This document shows, one piece after another, positions 38,744 to 49,196 of a DNA stretch of 64,000 nt. The translations under genes and the position numbers were made by a program. The stretch lies in contig OY970359.1 of the NCBI GenBank assembly GCA_963718665.1, forward strand, positions 1,696,001 through 1,760,000, written 5' to 3'. The notes beneath the pieces were generated by a model. It searched no databases. It had not been told where the DNA came from and saw only the letters and a program-made list of their open reading frames with translations. This stretch comes from an uncultured Phycisphaerales bacterium. Lineage in GTDB: Bacteria; Planctomycetota; Phycisphaerae; Sedimentisphaerales; Anaerobacaceae. Every line of letters begins with the position of its first letter. The stretch's first letter is position 1.

Positions 38744-40300
38744 CTATAGAGAATCGCTGCTCCACATCGTCGCGAAAATAGCAAAATCCCGAAAATCAAT
38801 AACATTGTCAGAGTTCAGGTCGTACTGCAGATTGTAATTTGCATCTCCTTCTGCCGAAAGCCAAGCTGAGGCAAAGCCGGTGAGAGTCAATTCACTTTCA
38901 CCAGTGCTATAGACAAAACTCTGGTCGTAACTGGCGTTGACGCATGCCTCGCTGCTCGAAGTGACATTAATATGCAGCGAATTAGAACCGGCAGTAGAAG
39001 TGTCTAACAAAACCTCGTGAACGTTATTGCCATCCAAAGCATACGCGACACCATTAGAATCACCAATCAAAGTTCCGCCAGACAGGACTTGTATTTGATA
39101 ATCGAGCTGGTCGGCACCGACAGAAGCCGTAACATTAGCGTCATTGCAAATTGCAACGTATGCAACAGCTTGTGAACCCTGAATTATCTGTCCGGTTGGA
39201 AGATTGACCTCAACACTCATAACAGCAGGTGTTTGATAATCTGCCACTACAGGCAAATGGTCGCTGCATAAAGTGGCATGATAAACCAGCGTCTGGTTAT
39301 ATTTGCTGCCAACGGCATCAACGAGGCGGCCGCCGTAAGTGAATGTTCCGTCATTGCAGAATGCATGATAAGAAGTTTGAGATGCGCGGCAGTTGCCCAG
39401 GCCCGGCTTGATTAAGCTCATTCCTCTTCCATCATAAAGCGAATTGCTGATGAGTTGGAAGTCAATCCGTGACATCGGCGTGGTTGAGCTGTATGTGCTG
39501 AATATTTCATATTGACTGCAGTTCCAGTTCACTAATTGTGTAAATCCGCCCGGGTCAACGGCTTGGCCGTTACCGGTGCTGACGTAAACGGAACCAACTG
39601 GGCCTGGCAAATTTACCAAGTCCACCAAGTAATACCAGGGATTATCATACCCACCCGACGCCGTAGTGTCATACGAGCCCATAACCGCATCATCAAAGGG
39701 ATTGTCGAGATTATAATCGCCGAGATAGATTATGTTTGTCCCTGCCGCCAATGAATCACCGCCATAATATTTATCCCATCGCACCCGGAGCGCTTCCATC
39801 GCACGGTCGTAAATATCTGTGCTTACGTCATATGCTTTATAATGATCGCAATAGACATATATATCCGCATTAGAACCATATCCGATAATTCTAAAATGGT
39901 ATCGTCCGGTTTTGCGAGGAGCGGCGGGGTCTTTAAAAGCAACCTGGTCAATTATCTGAACGGTTTTCGTGTTATATACCATCCCAACTTTCTCATAACC
40001 ATCGCCTGTGGCATTCAAAGTGCTGTAGGCATAAGTTCCGGCGCCGTAAATACCATTTAGAATATTTACGATTTGTGATTCGATAGTAAAGCCGCCGTCC
40101 TTCATCTCCTGCAAGGCAAGAATATCTATAGGCCTGACAATGCCGTTGACATTCTCATTGCCGATTGCCTGCAGTATTTCGCCTGCGTAGCTACTAAGTC
40201 CAGTACTTGCTTCCATATTGTATGTAACCACTCTGATTTCAGGAAAAGCGGTGCTATTAAATAAAAAAACAGTAAATATTATTATCGCGATAGTTCGCAT
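38744..40300 (-). CDS. Exported endonuclease/exonuclease/phosphatase (DNase I-like) with dockerin-like C-terminus
   Basis: VVTYN, DILALQE, HYKA, LGDYN, RIDF, SDHLPVV; YDLNSDNVIDFRDFAIFATMW. Confidence 0.9.
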   Translation of the reverse strand: MRTIAIIIFTVFLFNSTAFPEIRVVTYNMEASTGLSSYAGEILQAIGNENVNGIVRPIDILALQEMKDGGFTIESQIVNILNGIYGAGTYAYSTLNATGDGYEKVGMVYNTKTVQIIDQVAFKDPAAPRKTGRYHFRIIGYGSNADIYVYCDHYKAYDVSTDIYDRAMEALRVRWDKYYGGDSLAAGTNIIYLGDYNLDNPFDDAVMGSYDTTASGGYDNPWYYLVDLVNLPGPVGSVYVSTGNGQAVDPGGFTQLVNWNCSQYEIFSTYSSTTPMSRIDFQLISNSLYDGRGMSLIKPGLGNCRASQTSYHAFCNDGTFTYGGRLVDAVGSKYNQTLVYHATLCSDHLPVVADYQTPAVMSVEVNLPTGQIIQGSQAVAYVAICNDANVTASVGADQLDYQIQVLSGGTLIGDSNGVAYALDGNNVHEVLLDTSTAGSNSLHINVTSSSEACVNASYDQSFVYSTGESELTLTGFASAWLSAEGDANYNLQYDLNSDNVIDFRDFAIFATMWSSDSL

Positions 40301-40329
40301 TATGTGATTCCTTACAAGTTTGCCCACAG

Positions 40330-41310
40330 TTATTGGATTACCATTCCTTTTGTAGCATTCAAGTCCTGTGTTAACGCAGGGTTGAGTACCGTTGTTCCTT
40401 TTGGAAAATAATATGAAATACTGAGCGAATCCTGGGCTTTTAAATTCGCGCAATGGCCGTCAAAAAAAACAGCGTTCAGACCCTTATTATGCCGCCAGCC
40501 GTATTTATAATTGTTCGGTGTCGGGTCAAGATGTCTTTGTGCGCCAATCCCTTTCAGAGCTCCGACATATGGATCTCCTGTTAGCGGAGTGGCGGGGCCA
40601 TACAACATAAAATTGCCTCCCTCAATTTGTTTTGGAAAATCGTTAAAAGATAGCCCTAACGAAGGGTCAATATACCTAGCGCCGTCCAAAACATATATTT
40701 TATCGCTGGGTTTGCCAATCATCTGCAACAATGGCAGATAATTAGGAGGGATACTTACTTCGTTGTCACTTTCTAATTCGTATGCGGTAATTATATTCTT
40801 GCCTACCACATTTTCGCCGCAAAGATGAAAACCAAGCGCCGCAGAATAACTGGAATATCTCAATGATTCGGCCGGGAGGTCTGGGGGCCACGCCGGGTCA
40901 GCATCGTAAATGTAGGCGTTCTTCTCTCTGTTAGCCGGGCAGCGTAAAGCCGTATTAAGAATTTTAGCAATACGGTAAAATCTATTTCTCGGCAAAGCCA
41001 ATTCTTTTCCGAGTGTTGGTGATACCCAATCCATATTCTGAACCGGCACCGTAGGGCTGCTATCCGAGGGGGCCGTATTGCTGTTTAACTCTATGCCGCT
41101 GGTATCAGGGCCAGCCAAGTAGTCGTCGTGATCCGTAGCATATATAGACATGGCAACACCGCATTGCCGTAAATGACTTATACAGACAACGCTGTACGCG
41201 GCCTGACGGGCCTTATTTAGAGATGGAAGTAAAATAGCCATTAACAGCGAAATAATGGAAATAACAACAAGAAGCTCAACGAGGGTAAATCCTTTTTTCT
41301 TATTTTCCAT
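40330..41310 (-). CDS. Prepilin-type N-terminal cleavage protein with H-X9-DG motif (DUF1559-like)
   Basis: KKGFTLVELLVVISII..LLPSL.KAR; HNKGLNAVFFDGH. Confidence 0.92.
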   Translation of the reverse strand: MENKKKGFTLVELLVVISIISLLMAILLPSLNKARQAAYSVVCISHLRQCGVAMSIYATDHDDYLAGPDTSGIELNSNTAPSDSSPTVPVQNMDWVSPTLGKELALPRNRFYRIAKILNTALRCPANREKNAYIYDADPAWPPDLPAESLRYSSYSAALGFHLCGENVVGKNIITAYELESDNEVSIPPNYLPLLQMIGKPSDKIYVLDGARYIDPSLGLSFNDFPKQIEGGNFMLYGPATPLTGDPYVGALKGIGAQRHLDPTPNNYKYGWRHNKGLNAVFFDGHCANLKAQDSLSISYYFPKGTTVLNPALTQDLNATKGMVIQ

Positions 41311-41337
41311 ATCTTTTAACTTTTTAATAAAAGTTAA

Positions 41338-41375
41338 TAAAAGGGCTGGCAGTGTACACCAGCCACCAGCCCTTT
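41338..41375 (-). terminator. Internal stem-loop or terminator
   Basis: AAAGGGCTGG..CCAGCCCTTT followed by Ts on the minus strand. Confidence 0.55.
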
Positions 41376-41403
41376 GAAAAAAAAGATGCGTGATAACAAC
41401 CTA

Positions 41404-42261
41404 TTACTTGCAGTCATTCGGGTCTTCAAACCCGCAATTCATCCACTGACTTGAAAATATCGCAAAATCCTCAAAATCAACTTTGCAATCGCCATTAAAG
41501 TCCATTGAAGGACGATTCACACAATTCCCAGGATAGTTGATTGCAACGGCAGTAACAGTCAGCATAGGGTGCTCAGAGGTATAACCGTTGCCATAGCCAC
41601 CCCACCCCGCTTGGACAGTAGAATCGGCGGCAATTAATGCCAAGGTAAGCTGATTTGCATTTGCATCTCTGATGTGGTTGGCTATATACGTAGCGCCTTG
41701 TGAATTGGCCCCATTAGAATCAAATAGCACGTTGTTTACTTCGGGATAGCCGCTCAGGTCGTTGTAAGCAATCAATTCCACAAAAGTTCCATTGGTGTCA
41801 TGCGTGTCAGTCGTAAACTGGCCATTAATGGGATCCCGCGGCGGTGCATTATTTACCAGTGGACTCGTGTTAGCCGCTGTAATTGCTATTGTATCGTCAT
41901 CGGTAAATCTGATTGCAATAGTGCCGGGCACGCCAAAAGAGGGACCAGAATCCCATAAATTCAGGACTACTTTCTGCACCTGCCAGTTGCCTGCGCCAAG
42001 ATGCGTATTAAGTGCATTTTTGATAGTTCCGAGGTCGAAGCGGATGGCGCCCCAGCTGTTATAATCCGAACTGGGATTTTCGACATCGAGCCACTTGTAA
42101 CCATTCGGAGGTTGTGCTACACCACCCCACTCAACGGGGTAATAATATCCCGTTGTCTCATCCAGACCTTGCTGGGAAGTGGCGGTAAAATTGGGATCTG
42201 CATAAACCGCAGATGCCAATGACAGAAGAACCGCTGAAAAAATAAGTATCATCCTTTTCAT
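41404..42261 (-). CDS. Exported protein with dockerin-like C-terminus (paralog 1)
   Basis: Signal peptide MKRMILIFS; MDFNGDCKVDFEDFAIFSSQW. Confidence 0.8.
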   Translation of the reverse strand: MKRMILIFSAVLLSLASAVYADPNFTATSQQGLDETTGYYYPVEWGGVAQPPNGYKWLDVENPSSDYNSWGAIRFDLGTIKNALNTHLGAGNWQVQKVVLNLWDSGPSFGVPGTIAIRFTDDDTIAITAANTSPLVNNAPPRDPINGQFTTDTHDTNGTFVELIAYNDLSGYPEVNNVLFDSNGANSQGATYIANHIRDANANQLTLALIAADSTVQAGWGGYGNGYTSEHPMLTVTAVAINYPGNCVNRPSMDFNGDCKVDFEDFAIFSSQWMNCGFEDPNDCK

Positions 42262-42328
42262 AATAGTTTCCTTTAAATTACAAATTTCATCAGATGTATT
42301 CGCCTCTGACATAAATTATTACTTCTTT

Positions 42329-43177
42329 CTATTTGCAGTCATTCGGATCTGCAAACCCGCAATTAAGCCATTGATCTGCAAATATTGCAAAATCCTGAAA
42401 ATCAACTTTGCAATCGCCATTAAAGTCCATTGGAGAAGGATTAATGCAAATCGCTTCGTGTGCGGCTGCAACAGCGGTAACTGTCAACATGGGATGTTCC
42501 ATTGTATAGGCACTGCCATAGCCGACCCAGCCTGCTTCGACGGAGCCGTCATCAAGGAACGCCAGGGTAAGCTTTTTTGAGCTTCTGATGTGGGCGGCTA
42601 TATACTGAGCACCTTGTGAATTAGTGCCGTTAGTGTCGAACAGCGCATACTGAATTTCGGGAAAGCCGGGTTCGGCGTTGTAAGAAATCCACTCCACCGT
42701 AGTTCCATTGCTGTCATGCGTGTCAGTGGTAAACTGACCATTAATCGGATCGAGCTCCGGTTCATACATTACCAGTGGGCTCCTGTCAGCTTTTGTAATT
42801 GGTATTGTATCGTCATCGGTAAATCTGACTTCAACCTGACCGGGGACGGCAAAACTGGGGTCACTATCCCATAAACTCAGGACTACTTTCTGCACCTGCC
42901 AGTTGCCTATGCCGAATTGCGAATTGAACGTATTTCTTATGGTTCCGAGGTCAAATCGGATTGCGGCCCAGGACTTATAATTCGCATAGCGGTTTGAAAC
43001 ATCGATATAGTTTACTGCAAGTACATCATTAGGACCGAATACCCCGCCAAACTGAGCAGTGTAATAATATCCCGATGTCTCATCCAGTCCTTGAAGTGAA
43101 CTGGCGGTCGTATTCGCATAAACTACAGACGCCAATGACAGCAGAGCTATTGAAAAAACAAGTATCATCCTTTTCAT
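42329..43177 (-). CDS. Exported protein with dockerin-like C-terminus (paralog 2)
   Basis: Shares AIRFDLGTI, WQVQKVVL, RFTDDDTI, DPINGQFTTDTHD with its neighbour. Confidence 0.8.
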   Translation of the reverse strand: MKRMILVFSIALLSLASVVYANTTASSLQGLDETSGYYYTAQFGGVFGPNDVLAVNYIDVSNRYANYKSWAAIRFDLGTIRNTFNSQFGIGNWQVQKVVLSLWDSDPSFAVPGQVEVRFTDDDTIPITKADRSPLVMYEPELDPINGQFTTDTHDSNGTTVEWISYNAEPGFPEIQYALFDTNGTNSQGAQYIAAHIRSSKKLTLAFLDDGSVEAGWVGYGSAYTMEHPMLTVTAVAAAHEAICINPSPMDFNGDCKVDFQDFAIFADQWLNCGFADPNDCK

Positions 43178-43235
43178 AACATTTTCCTTTAAATTACAAA
43201 TTTCATCAGATGTATTCGCCACTGCCATAAATTAA

Positions 43236-43883
43236 TTATTTGCGACGGACAAAAAACAGACTGCCAAGGCCAAGCAGAGCCAGTGTTGCCGGCTCAGGTG
43301 TCGGAAGAACTACAGTAGCATAGTCAGGAGCGGTAATTGACAGATCATCGACCCAGATCGAGGCTGGCGTGGTTGGCGAGGGTGCAGGCGTGGCTCCGCT
43401 GCTGTAAATCCGGCACTCGAGAACAAAACCGGTGTCACCGGCTGGCATTGTCCATGTATATGAAAGCTGCGTCCATGGAGTTGCGCCACTATAGGTACTG
43501 TTGCCGCTCGCTGAACCATCATATTCCAGCGGGTTAGTGGCCGAGTTATCATAATGTCCCCAAATACGGCCGGAAGGACTTCCGCTCGGCGTGGTGTCAT
43601 AAACCCAAAAGCTGGCAGTGACGGTATCGCCGGCATTCAACCCCTGTACCCATGCGAGATAAGTATAAGCGGCTGTACTGGTAGTGTCGTCGAGCTCTAA
43701 GCTCTTCGAACCGTCATATACCTCGTTAGTTACGTTGGTTGCAATAACCGTATTGTTGGAAGTTCCCGTACCCAGGATCGTCCCACCATTTTCCCAACTG
43801 TAAACCACAGTCTGTGTGGCTTGTGCAGACATGCACATGCCGATAACCAAAAGTGCTACACTGATGCTTGTTAACTTTCTCAT
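43236..43883 (-). CDS. PEP-CTERM sorting-domain protein
   Basis: Signal peptide; C-terminal TPEPATLALLGLGSLFFVRRK. Confidence 0.92.
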   Translation of the reverse strand: MRKLTSISVALLVIGMCMSAQATQTVVYSWENGGTILGTGTSNNTVIATNVTNEVYDGSKSLELDDTTSTAAYTYLAWVQGLNAGDTVTASFWVYDTTPSGSPSGRIWGHYDNSATNPLEYDGSASGNSTYSGATPWTQLSYTWTMPAGDTGFVLECRIYSSGATPAPSPTTPASIWVDDLSITAPDYATVVLPTPEPATLALLGLGSLFFVRRK

Positions 43884-44088
43884 TTTCGTCACCCCTTTCA
43901 AAAAAACACTCTCTCTATGATTGCCGAACACACGTCCAGCTTATTATGCCGCTTTTATAAAGGGTCGTTGTTATGAGAAGATAAATATATTGTTAAAAAT
44001 AGAATAAAATCGCATTAGCGACATGTTTAGGATTTGTTTTCTGGGGATTAGAAATGAGGTAGAAACTTACTTTTTTACGTGAAATCAT

Positions 44089-45024
44089 TCACTTTGCATT
44101 TACTTTGGAGGGCACTTTTGCCATATTATCTATTTGCTCTCGATGATCCCATGATGGCAATTTAACGTTTTTCGAGTCATTCCAGGCCGTTAAAAATAAC
44201 TGCGCCGTAAACCGTGAGGTCTGCTCATATTCCTGGCTTGCGAATTCGGCTACACTTGAACCGCATTCAATTGGCTCGTCAAATTTTGGCAGGTCTGCTT
44301 CCAATTCATAAACCTTTGAAATCCGGCTGTGACTATCCTTCAGTTGATTTATAATGCCTGCCCATAAATCAGTGAATGGCATAATTTGATTTTGGTTATT
44401 ATCAGGTTTGCTGTTGCAATCTGGAACCTTGCCGATAAGTGCATCTACCTTAAGGTGTATTCCTGTTTTAGGAGACGGCAAATTAGGGTATGTGATTTTA
44501 CCGTCATAATGGATAGTGGTGTGCAAGGGCATGCATAAATCCTGAGCATAGTGGGCAAGATTTCCTGCGTAAATGAGGCATTTGGCCTGTATAATTTCAT
44601 TTTGCGGCCATTTTCGATGCTCCGCAAATGCAATTGTTAATCTCTGTGTCCACTCTATAACTGCATAGGGAACAGTGCCAACTTTATCGGCTGTCGTCTT
44701 GTTGCTTATGCACAATTGCGTGAATTGTCTTCGAGTATTTGGAAGTTCTTCGCCCTTTAACATCTCAAGATCGATAAAATGCTCAGGTGATTCACTTTCA
44801 TTTAACTGTCTTGATTCTAATGGAATCTTGAATACGTCCGGATCACCAGAACAGTGCACCGCAGCGGATGCACCCTTGACAAAAAAATCAGGCAGATTTC
44901 CCCTGGCCAATTCAATCGCATGTTTTGTGGCGCACGCGTGACCTTCGGCAAGCCAGGCAAGACACTGAGATGCCGTCATGAACAACAAAACAAAGACAGC
45001 AACTGTAATTATTTTTCTTCGCAT
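44089..45024 (-). CDS. S1/P1 nuclease / zinc-dependent phospholipase C superfamily, exported
   Basis: Mature N-terminus W...GH, PD, HFID, HYAQDLCMPLHT, H. Confidence 0.8.
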   Translation of the reverse strand: MRRKIITVAVFVLLFMTASQCLAWLAEGHACATKHAIELARGNLPDFFVKGASAAVHCSGDPDVFKIPLESRQLNESESPEHFIDLEMLKGEELPNTRRQFTQLCISNKTTADKVGTVPYAVIEWTQRLTIAFAEHRKWPQNEIIQAKCLIYAGNLAHYAQDLCMPLHTTIHYDGKITYPNLPSPKTGIHLKVDALIGKVPDCNSKPDNNQNQIMPFTDLWAGIINQLKDSHSRISKVYELEADLPKFDEPIECGSSVAEFASQEYEQTSRFTAQLFLTAWNDSKNVKLPSWDHREQIDNMAKVPSKVNAK

Positions 45025-45134
45025 ATATTGATATTTGATGCTCTCCCTGTTAAAATAGAATCAATTATTCGTTTTTTTTCAGTTAATATTTTCATATCAT
45101 GCCAAGACCTATATTCAAAGTTGCAAAGGAACTA

Positions 45135-46030
45135 CTACGGTGCTGGCACCTTCAACTTCATGCTCGTGGGATGCAGGATCGCTATCGAGTTTGGGCCTAT
45201 TAGTTTTTCCCACTCTCCATATACCGGGTTCGGCAGGACGAACCAGTCCTCACCCCAATGGCACACAGCATCATCGGCCAACGATTCCCGATGCTCGATT
45301 GCCTTAAGATAATCCTCCGGCATGGCATCGTTGGGTAGTTTCTTTGCTGCGAATGATTCAGAAAAATCGCGGAGATTATCCCCGAAATACATCAAGACGT
45401 TGTATTTCGCTGCAACCGCTTCGCGGCGTGGCGATTTGTCCGACGATCCGCTTTTCGGCTTGAGATAGAGACGGCCTGCAAGATTGGTCGTAGCGATTCC
45501 GAGCCTTTCGAGAGCACTCTCCGTCGATTTCTTGTACAATTCAGAACGGTTGGAGATAAAGACAACAGTCACTCCAAGCGATTCGGCTTTTTCGATGAAC
45601 TGCTTTGCACCGGGTATCAAGGTAACGTCCTGCGAGTAATTCTCCTCGTAATCAGCCCATAGGTCTTCCGTATACTCCAGGTTGTTCGAATAGAGAAACG
45701 TCTGAAAAGCAGAGTTACCAAAAACAGTCTCATCCAGGTCCATGACAACTGTAGGTTTCGTGAATTTCGGGTTAGCCCTTTCAAGAACCATTTCCAGCCG
45801 TAGTTCCGCGCATTTGTATATCTCATAGCAGCATGCCCGATATTCGGCGGACGTCTGGAGATAAATATTTCCCCCAACCTCGCCGACATCGGAAAGACGG
45901 GAACCTCTGCTTTTTGGGTAAACATCGGGTCTGCCAGCACATTTGTCGGATTATGATTACCCCAGAGCCAGCCGATTAAGATGCATACCGAGCATGTAAG
46001 TAGGAATTTGCCTCGTATCATGTCACGCAT
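45135..46030 (-). CDS. Class C HAD acid phosphatase / 5'-nucleotidase (e(P4) family); one apparent frameshift
   Basis: QTSAEYRA, MDLDETV, FISNR, GDNLRDF, LPNPVYGEW; G5 run one base short at 45871-45875. Confidence 0.85.
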
Positions 46031-46062
46031 AAGTTCCTCCTATTGACCTAATTATGTGTCTT

Positions 46063-46431
46063 TCAAATGGCTTTCTTAGATTCACCTTGTTCATAAATAC
46101 TGCCAAGCTTTTGGCTATTCCGTAACGGGGAGCAGTATATTATACTACCTACCGCTAATTCCTGCTCAAGCTCGTCTTCTGTCTTTAGGGATGCGGGCTT
46201 ATGAGATTTCATAATATGACTCGCCAATTTTTCAAAATCTTCGGACTCGAAGCCGCAGTCACAGCATCGCCAGAAATCCCCGTGAAAGGCAGGCAATTGC
46301 AACTGGTGTTTTATCAGCTCAAAAAAGATTCCAAGCTCCCTTTCATCAAAGAAGCCCGGTGGGACTACTCTCTCCGAAGGCAAAATGCCAAAATCCGAAC
46401 GTCGTTTAGCTGGTACTGCCCTGATTCCCAT
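46063..46431 (-). CDS. Small protein with C2H2 zinc-finger spacing
   Basis: CCDC-x12-HIMKSH; AAGGAGG RBS. Confidence 0.6.
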   Translation of the reverse strand: MGIRAVPAKRRSDFGILPSERVVPPGFFDERELGIFFELIKHQLQLPAFHGDFWRCCDCGFESEDFEKLASHIMKSHKPASLKTEDELEQELAVGSIIYCSPLRNSQKLGSIYEQGESKKAI

Positions 46432-46733
46432 TTTTAAACCTCCTTGTGTAAATTGGCCATATAATCACACAAAGTACTCAGGTCATCGTTACTTGTTGAT
46501 TATTGAGTGTAGAAATGAGGTGTTAGTGTGGTGTTAGATTCTGTTGTTTTTCGGATTAATTGTTCAGTGTCTTACGATACTTGAGGGGAGAATTATAGCG
46601 CACTTTTACGGCCAGATGAATTTTTGGGTAGGACAGGTTTATAGAAGACAGAACATACTATTACCTGTGTATTTGACTGTAATCGCAACCACTTTTGTGC
46701 CGATAATATCTTTAGCAATAAGAGGATTAACTT

Positions 46734-47543
46734 ATGAACCTGATAGAAAAACTAACGGTCAAACCCGGACATAAGGCAAAACTGGCCGACTGGGACCCGG
46801 ATTGCACGGGCAAATACGAGAACAAGGAACAGGCGATACCGGTAATGGATAACTTAGCCGGTAGGATAGCGAAACTGCAATACCTCCTCTTCGCAGAAAA
46901 CAAGCGGGCGATGTTGATAGTGCTTCAGGCGATGGACGCGGGCGGCAAAGACGGGACAATCCGAACGGTGATGGGGCCGATGAACCCGCAAAGCTGCAAG
47001 GTTACGTCATTCAAGGAGCCGACGGAGGAAGAGCTGGCGCACGATTTTCTCTGGCGAGTTCACAGGTTTATTCCTCGCAAGGGCGAGGTGCGTATATTTA
47101 ACCGCTCGCATTATGAGGATGTGCTGATTGTCCGGGTGCATAATCTTGTGCCAAAAGATATATGGTCGAAGCGGTTCGAGCAGATAAATAATTTTGAAAA
47201 GCTGTTAGTTGAAAGCGATATCCACGTTATCAAGTTTTTCCTGCATATAAGCAAGGGCGAGCAGAAGAAGCGTTTCAAGGAACGCCTTGATGACCCGACA
47301 AAGAACTGGAAGGCCGAGCCCGGAGATTTCGAAGAGAGAAAATACTGGGAAGAATATACCAAGGCATACGAGGACGTGCTGACCAAATGCAGCACTGATT
47401 ATGCCCCATGGTATGTTATACCCGCCAATCACAAGTGGTTCAGGAACGTGGCCATTTCGGAAATACTGGTTCATGAATTTGAGAAGTTAAAAATGAGATT
47501 TCCGGAACCACGCTATGATATTTCTAAGCTGAAGATTAAGTAG
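46734..47543 (+). CDS. ppk2: Polyphosphate kinase 2 (class III-like)
   Basis: LQAMDAGGKDGTIR, SFKEP..EELAHDFLWR, FNRSHYEDV, APWYVIPA. Confidence 0.95.
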   Translation: MNLIEKLTVKPGHKAKLADWDPDCTGKYENKEQAIPVMDNLAGRIAKLQYLLFAENKRAMLIVLQAMDAGGKDGTIRTVMGPMNPQSCKVTSFKEPTEEELAHDFLWRVHRFIPRKGEVRIFNRSHYEDVLIVRVHNLVPKDIWSKRFEQINNFEKLLVESDIHVIKFFLHISKGEQKKRFKERLDDPTKNWKAEPGDFEERKYWEEYTKAYEDVLTKCSTDYAPWYVIPANHKWFRNVAISEILVHEFEKLKMRFPEPRYDISKLKIK

Positions 47544-47618
47544 CGTTTTATCGTGGGTTACCCTTTTAAGTTCCTGAAACGGGATTTTATAAGGTATGTT
47601 TAGGTGAAGGCCATTCCC

Positions 47619-47656
47619 TAACACAATTATAACAGGGAAATAACAATTCGCTAATC
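47619..47656 (+). promoter_or_regulatory. Pho-box-like direct repeats
   Basis: TAACA at 47619, 47630, 47641 and TAATC at 47652 (exact 11-bp period). Confidence 0.65.
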
Positions 47657-47769
47657 AATAAATCCGATAATATAGCCCGATATAGCAATAGATGGCTGAC
47701 GGTCTTGCCGATGTTAAATTAGGCAAGAATGTGTCAGGATAAAAGAATAGTCCCAATGAGGGTAATAAA

Positions 47770-48414
47770 TTGAAGACAGCGGCGATACTTGAAGATGCGA
47801 TTAGGTTATGCGGAGAGGATTATTTCGAGCAGCAGCACGCTGTGCAGGTCGCTAAATTATCGCTTAAACTTTTCGATTGCCTTGGGCCATTGTACCGGAT
47901 GGGCAACAGCGAAAGGATTTGGCTTCGGATTGCTTCTTTGTTGCACGACGTGGGCAAGAGTGTAAGCGGCGAATATCACCACAAGGCGTCGCGAGATATC
48001 ATAGTCAATGAGGCAAATTTGCCATTCAGAAAGCGCATCCGCAAAATGATTGGGCTTATCGCTCGGTATCATAAGGGGATGATGCCGAAGGACACGCACA
48101 AGTATTATCGCGGATTGAAAGATGATGAGAAGCAATGTGTAAAAGTATTGGCGGCGATTCTTCGGCTTGCGGATGGTTTGGACGCGGGGCACGAAGGATT
48201 GGTTACCGATCTGGCCTGCGAGGTTCAGCGAAAACGTATGGTCCTTTATATCCTCGGCGAGGACGGCGTTGATTTGCGCAAGGTCGTAAAAAAGGCGGAT
48301 TTGTTCGAGCAGGTATTCGGATGCGAAGTTGAGGCAAGGACGGCTGCGGCGGGGAAGGTTCGCGACATAAATCTTGATTCCAGTCGCTCAAAAGTGTATG
48401 CTCACGCAGCATAG
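47770..48414 (+). CDS. Stand-alone HD-domain protein (Ppx/GppA C-terminal-like)
   Basis: HAVQV, LLHDVG, HHK, IARYH, ILRLADGLD. Confidence 0.85.
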   Translation: MKTAAILEDAIRLCGEDYFEQQHAVQVAKLSLKLFDCLGPLYRMGNSERIWLRIASLLHDVGKSVSGEYHHKASRDIIVNEANLPFRKRIRKMIGLIARYHKGMMPKDTHKYYRGLKDDEKQCVKVLAAILRLADGLDAGHEGLVTDLACEVQRKRMVLYILGEDGVDLRKVVKKADLFEQVFGCEVEARTAAAGKVRDINLDSSRSKVYAHAA

Positions 48415-48442
48415 GGTGTACAAAGATAAGCGAGTTATCTTT

Positions 48443-49180
48443 ATGGGACGACTGGTAATACTTTCGGGGCCGTCGTGTGTCGGCAAAGGCCCGTTTCACA
48501 GAGCGCTCAAGGTATTTTACCCGCAATTGGCCGGCGAATTGAAAAAGATCGTGCTTTACGACAGCCGCGCACCCAGGCCAGGCGAGGTTGACGGCGTTGA
48601 TTTCCACTTCCGAACACGCGAATATATCGAGCAACTGCGCAGCAAGGATAATTTTCTCGTTACCGACGTGCGGGGCGATTTGCAGGCGCTCGACCTGAAG
48701 TATTTGCGGGAGACGAGTGCCACGGGTAATGCTTTTTTCGAGGGCAACCCGATTATAGGCAGGGAGCTTATGAGTTTGACTCGACGGGAAAAGATTACCT
48801 GCCTAAGTGTATTTTTATCGCCTTTATCAATAGCGGAGATTGAGGATATCAGGAGCAGGCGCGATATTAATTTTGAAATGACGCTGACTGATATGATGCG
48901 GCGAAAATTGCTGCGGCGAACAAAAAAACAGAAGGGCATACTGTCGCTTGTGGACCTTGAGAATATCGAGGTTCGCGCGGCGAGCGCCTATAAGGAAATG
49001 AAAGAGGCGTGGCGTTACGATTTTGTTATACCAAACCACGACGGCGAGGACAGTGAAAACTGGGACGCGTTTGGTTGTCCGGTAGGCAATGCGAGAGCCG
49101 CGTTATTGTGTTTTGCCGAGATTTTGAGCGGTGGCAATCCGGCTTATGCCCGGAAATGGTCGGAAGGGCTGCTGCCTTAG
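48443..49180 (+). CDS. Divergent guanylate-kinase-like protein
   Basis: ILSGPSCVGKG, RAPRPGEVDGVDFHF. Confidence 0.75.
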   Translation: MGRLVILSGPSCVGKGPFHRALKVFYPQLAGELKKIVLYDSRAPRPGEVDGVDFHFRTREYIEQLRSKDNFLVTDVRGDLQALDLKYLRETSATGNAFFEGNPIIGRELMSLTRREKITCLSVFLSPLSIAEIEDIRSRRDINFEMTLTDMMRRKLLRRTKKQKGILSLVDLENIEVRAASAYKEMKEAWRYDFVIPNHDGEDSENWDAFGCPVGNARAALLCFAEILSGGNPAYARKWSEGLLP

Positions 49181-49196
49181 AAATGGAGTCGATTTG

